From an uncultured Chloroflexia bacterium (GTDB lineage: Bacteria; Chloroflexota; Limnocylindria; Limnocylindrales; CSP1-4), in NCBI GenBank assembly GCA_963800795.1, contig CAWDCJ010000013.1, positions 6,916 to 70,915 of the forward strand: a stretch of DNA of 64,000 nt. Reading direction: 5' to 3'. The position numbers and the translations under genes are program-made. Position 1 is the first letter of the stretch; each line of letters starts with the position of its first letter. Shown piece by piece: positions 60,851 through 64,000 of the stretch. The notes below the pieces were generated by a model that saw nothing but the letters and a program-made list of their open reading frames with translations, had not been told where the DNA came from and did no database searches.

Positions 60851-60864
60851 AGACAACGTTATCA
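60851..60864. promoter_or_regulatory. second LacI-type operator (imperfect)
   Basis: AGACAACGTTATCA, 35 nt upstream of the regulator ATG. Confidence 0.55.
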
Positions 60865-60898
60865 GTCCGGCGGGTCCGAGGACATCTCCCGGCCGACG

Positions 60899-61898
60899 AT
60901 GCGCGACGTGGCTGCGCTTGCCCGCGTCGGACTCAAGACGGTCTCGCGCGTGATCAACGGCGAGCCAGGGGTGTCGCCCGCGCTGCAGGGCCCGTGTCCA
61001 GCGGGCGATCGAGCAGCTGGACTACCTGCCGAACCTCAGTGCGAGGAATCTCCGGCGCTCGAGCGGCCGCAGCGCGACGATCGGCCTGATCCTCGAGAAC
61101 GTCGCGAACCCGTTCTCGTCCGCCCTTCACCGCGCGATCGGTGATGTGGCCTGGGCCCGGGGGTCCAGATGTTCTCGGGCAGCGTCGACGAGGACGCGAT
61201 CCGCGAGCGGCATCTGGTGTCGACGTTCGCCGGCCGTCGCGTCGATGGCCTCGTCGTGGTGCCGGCGGGCCACGATCACAGCTATATGCTCGCTCAGAAG
61301 CAGGCCGGCATGGCTATCGTGTTCGTCGACCGCCCGGCCGAGTTCCTCGACGTGGACGCCGTCGTCAGCGACAACGCGGGTGGCGCGGAGGAGGCGGTTC
61401 GCCACCTGGTGGCCGCCGGCCACCGCAGGATCGCCTACCTGGGCGACACTGCGAGCGTCTACACGGCGCGCGAACGGTACGCGGGCTACGCGCGGGCGCT
61501 CGAGCGGGCCGGCATTCGCTTCGATCCGGCCATCGTGCGGCAGGACCTCCAGGACGTTGAGGCCGCCGAGCTGCGGCGGCGGCCTGCTTGCCTCGCCAGT
61601 CCCGCCGACCGCCATATTCGCCAGTCAGAACCTCGTCACGATCGGCGCGGTCCGGACGTTGCACCGGGTCGGTGTCCAGCACCGGGTCGCGGTCGTGGGC
61701 TTCGACGACGTGATGCTCGCCGACATGCTGGAGCCCGCCGTGACCGTCGTCGCCCAGGATCCGCGCGCCATCGGGACGCTGGCCGCGGAGATCCTCTTCC
61801 TGCGGATGGACCGAGACGTTGCCCCCACCGCCGTCCACGTGGTCCCGACGCGTCTCATCCGGCGGGGCAGTGGGGAGATCGTTCCCCCCGCGGCCTGA
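60899..61898 (+). CDS. LacI-family transcriptional regulator (about four frame breaks)
   Basis: HTH MRDVAALARVGLKTVSRVINGEPGVSPAL, then (other frames) RVQRAIEQLDYLPNLSARNL, VDGLVVVP, IAYLGD, ERYAGY, AIFASQNLVTIGA, VVGFDD. Confidence 0.8.
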
Positions 61899-62423
61899 CC
61901 GCCAGTCGTGCGGCACGGGATGTCGCCCGGCGCGGGATGTTGTGGCGCGTCGACACGCCGCCTCGAATAAGCCCGCGATAAGCCGGGTGCGGCAGACTCC
62001 CCGGCGTGGGGCACGCCCACCGCCGGCTCGGCGGCCTTCGTGTGGAGGCGCTCGATGCGCCATGCCAGGGGCGTCGTCGCCCTCATCACCTCGGTCCTAC
62101 TCGGCTGGGTCCTGGTCACCAGCGCGCAGCCCGCGGCGCGACACCAGCCACACCCTGGCCCGCAGGGAACAACTGCGGCTTCTCTTGGCAGGGTCCCGGT
62201 CCCGCAACCGCTGGTGGCAAAGCGCTGGTCCTGAGCCGCCGCGCCAGGCTCGTGGCGCCCGATCTCACGCTGGCGCCCGGACCGCCCAGCGCGCCGCGAC
62301 CGGCTGCAGGGGCCGGTCACGCCCAGGCTCCCGGTGGTACCCTCCATTTCGCGCGCGATCGCCGGCACCGGTGGCGACGCCGCCGGTGCGAACGCAACCC
62401 GACAAGCGGAGGAGTCCTTCCAG

Positions 62424-62711
62424 ATGACCTACGTGATCGCCGAGCCGTGCGTCGACGTGATGGACCAGGCGTGCGTGGCCGTCTGTCCCGTCGACTGCAT
62501 CCATTTCGAGCAGGGCACGGACCGTACCCTGTACATCGACCCGAACGAGTGCATCGACTGCGGCGCGTGCGAGCCGGAGTGCCCAGTCAACGCGATCTAC
62601 CCGGAGGAGTCGCTGCCGGCCGGTTGGGCTGGCTACACGGAGCTCAACGCGCTGTGGTTCACGGACAAGGCTGCCGCGCGCGCGATGCTCGAGACGCTGA
62701 AACCCGCCTGA
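62424..62711 (+). CDS. fdxA: 7Fe-type ferredoxin ([3Fe-4S][4Fe-4S])
   Basis: MTYVIAEPCVDVMDQACVAVCPVDCI and CIDCGACEPECPVNAI. GGAGG SD. Start ATG 62424 inside track ORF 62334..62711. Confidence 0.9.
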   Translation: MTYVIAEPCVDVMDQACVAVCPVDCIHFEQGTDRTLYIDPNECIDCGACEPECPVNAIYPEESLPAGWAGYTELNALWFTDKAAARAMLETLKPA

Positions 62712-62712
62712 C

Positions 62713-62735
62713 GGGTCGGCCCTGAGGGCCGGTCC
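62713..62735 (+). terminator. strong hairpin after the ferredoxin gene (no U-tract)
   Basis: GGGTCGGCCC-tga-GGGCCGGTCC, a 10-bp stem including two G:U pairs. Confidence 0.4.
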
Positions 62736-62831
62736 ACCGTTCGCACGCATGTTCGGGCGGCCGGCGCGCCGCCGCGACTACCGACGACCGGCCCCGATCC
62801 AGGCGGCCGGTCGTTCCGTCCCCGGAGCACG

Positions 62832-63707
62832 ATGCGCATCGTCTCGCTTCTCCCCGCAGCCACGGAGATCGTCGGCGCGCTGGGGCTCGCCGATGACCTC
62901 GTCGGCGTCACGGACGCCTGCGAGGTCCTGGACACTGCCGGCCCGCAGGTCGTCGCGCGGCACGCGAACTCCAGCCTCGGTCCGGGATCCGCTCGCCTGG
63001 AGGTGGACGACGCGCTGGTCGCGGAGCTTCAGGCCGACCTCATCCTCGTGCCGGGGCCATGGAGCCCGGCACTTCCCAGGGCGCCCAACCCCGGCGAACC
63101 GGCCGGAGCCCGCCGCAACACGCCAACCGTCGTGACGCTCGCGCCGGGGACCATCGAGGGCATCCTCCACTCGATCACCACGATCGGTGCCATGACCTCT
63201 GCCGAGGACGAGGCACTGGGCCTCGTCGAGATCCTCCGCGAGCGCCTGGCCGACGTCGAGGAGGTCGTTGTCGCGCGCCGGGCCCAAGGCCACGCGCCGC
63301 CCCGGGTCGTCGCGCTGGAATGGCTTGATCCGCCATTCACAGCGGGCCGATGGGTTCCCGAGCAAGTCCGTCGGGCCGGCGGCTGGGACGTGCTGGGTCG
63401 CGAAGGCGAGCGGGCCGCACCCGCGACCTGGGACGCGATCGGAGACCTGGACCCCGAGATGCTGCTCCTCATGGTGCGTGGCGCGGACCTCGCCGGAGTG
63501 CTGGCCGCCTGGAAGCGGATCCCGCGCCCGCCCGGCTGGACCGGCCTGCACGCCGTGCGGCGGGGCCAGGTCTTCGCGCTCGACGCGGCGTACTTCGGGA
63601 ATCCCTGTCCCCACGTGATCGACGGCATCGAGCTGCTCGCCGAGCTGTTCGACCCGGCCGGCTTCGTCGATATCGCGCCGCCCGGCGGCTGGGTCCCGGT
63701 CGAATGA
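62832..63707 (+). CDS. BtuF/periplasmic-binding-protein-fold (cobalamin/siderophore-binding-like) protein without signal peptide
   Basis: MRIVSLLPAATEIVGALGLADDLVGVTD.. and ..RVVALEWLDPPFTAGRWVPE.. are typical of the class III PBP fold. Confidence 0.65.
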   Translation: MRIVSLLPAATEIVGALGLADDLVGVTDACEVLDTAGPQVVARHANSSLGPGSARLEVDDALVAELQADLILVPGPWSPALPRAPNPGEPAGARRNTPTVVTLAPGTIEGILHSITTIGAMTSAEDEALGLVEILRERLADVEEVVVARRAQGHAPPRVVALEWLDPPFTAGRWVPEQVRRAGGWDVLGREGERAAPATWDAIGDLDPEMLLLMVRGADLAGVLAAWKRIPRPPGWTGLHAVRRGQVFALDAAYFGNPCPHVIDGIELLAELFDPAGFVDIAPPGGWVPVE

Positions 63708-64000
63708 GCGACGGCGCACCCGAGCGGCGCGACGCGGCGGCCGCTGCGTCGCGCCCATTCGATTGCCTCTGGTGCGGGCGCACATGGCGGCCCGACCGCG
63801 CGGACGACCTGGCGACGCTCGCTCGGCTCTGCCCGGACTGCCTCGCCCGCGCCGATTCGAACCCGTTCATCCGGTTCCGTCTCCACGCGGCGCTGGCGGC
63901 TCGCGCGGAAACAGCGCTCGTGGGATCCGCCGTCTCGGCCACCCCGACGCACGAGGACGAGTTGGTGCCGTACTACCAGGCCAGGGCGCCCGAGTACGAC
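63704..64000 (+). CDS. 5' part of a protein with an N-terminal Cys4 ribbon, probably continuing into a SAM-dependent methyltransferase (runs off window)
   Basis: ATGA overlap with the preceding stop. FDCLWCG..LCPDCL, then ..LVPYYQARAPEYD, which resembles the start of class I methyltransferase domains. Confidence 0.4.
   Translation, partial: MSDGAPERRDAAAAASRPFDCLWCGRTWRPDRADDLATLARLCPDCLARADSNPFIRFRLHAALAARAETALVGSAVSATPTHEDELVPYYQARAPEYD

Noticed and set aside
62040-62234. 64-aa plus-strand ORF with a signal-peptide-like segment (VVALITSVLLGWVLVTSAQPAA)
   Set aside because: It has only a hydrophobic stretch, no SD, no recognisable family, and sits in a region full of spurious GC-rich ORFs. 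There is not enough support to annotate it.

Overview
High-GC (Actinobacteria/Chloroflexi-like) chromosomal window, densely coding; no rRNA, CRISPR array, transposase or integrase seen. All calls come from reading the sequence and ORF track by eye, with no searches run, so boundaries at frame breaks are approximate. In order: (1) thiD-thiM-thiE-thiL (minus strand) behind a clear TPP riboswitch. (2) A PIG-L deacetylase and a membrane coiled-coil protein. (3) A respiratory operon: a GltD-like NAD(P)H/FAD/Fe-S flavoprotein translationally coupled to split cytochrome b6 / subunit IV, a Rieske protein and a membrane cytochrome c fused to an amicyanin-like cupredoxin, followed by a Kelch-repeat membrane protein. 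(4) Rhodanese, DUF309 and DUF2203-like genes. (5) dapB-dapA-dapD-lysA. (6) tRNA-Lys, a beta-propeller lipoprotein, a PRC-barrel protein, PPK2, an atypical orphan OmpR-type regulator, and a MarR plus two fused ABC exporters. (7) An alpha/beta hydrolase and an MFS transporter. (8) The standout: an 11-gene bacterial microcompartment operon (SorC regulator, RpiB, DeoC, acylating aldehyde dehydrogenase, 1 BMC-H, 2 BMC-T, 3 BMC-P, a GNAT-fold protein). It converges on a nucleoside-catabolism cluster (cdd-punA-deoA). (9) Initiator tRNA-Met with a textbook promoter, then mmsA. (10) An ABC-2 exporter, a TlpA-like oxidoreductase and an aa3-type oxidase cluster. In that cluster subunit II and a separate membrane protein carrying duplicated CoxIII N-terminal modules both end in nearly identical cupredoxin domains; ctaG follows. 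(11) Threonine dehydratase, a DksA/TraR protein and a YHS mini-protein. (12) A LacI-controlled ribose/fructose-type ABC uptake and kinase cluster. (13) A 7Fe ferredoxin, a BtuF-like protein and the start of a methyltransferase. Caveat: more than 20 clearly conserved genes need one or more +/-1 frame changes to be read. These are often compensated within about 100 nt, so the ORF track fragments them, and long antisense shadow ORFs are common.
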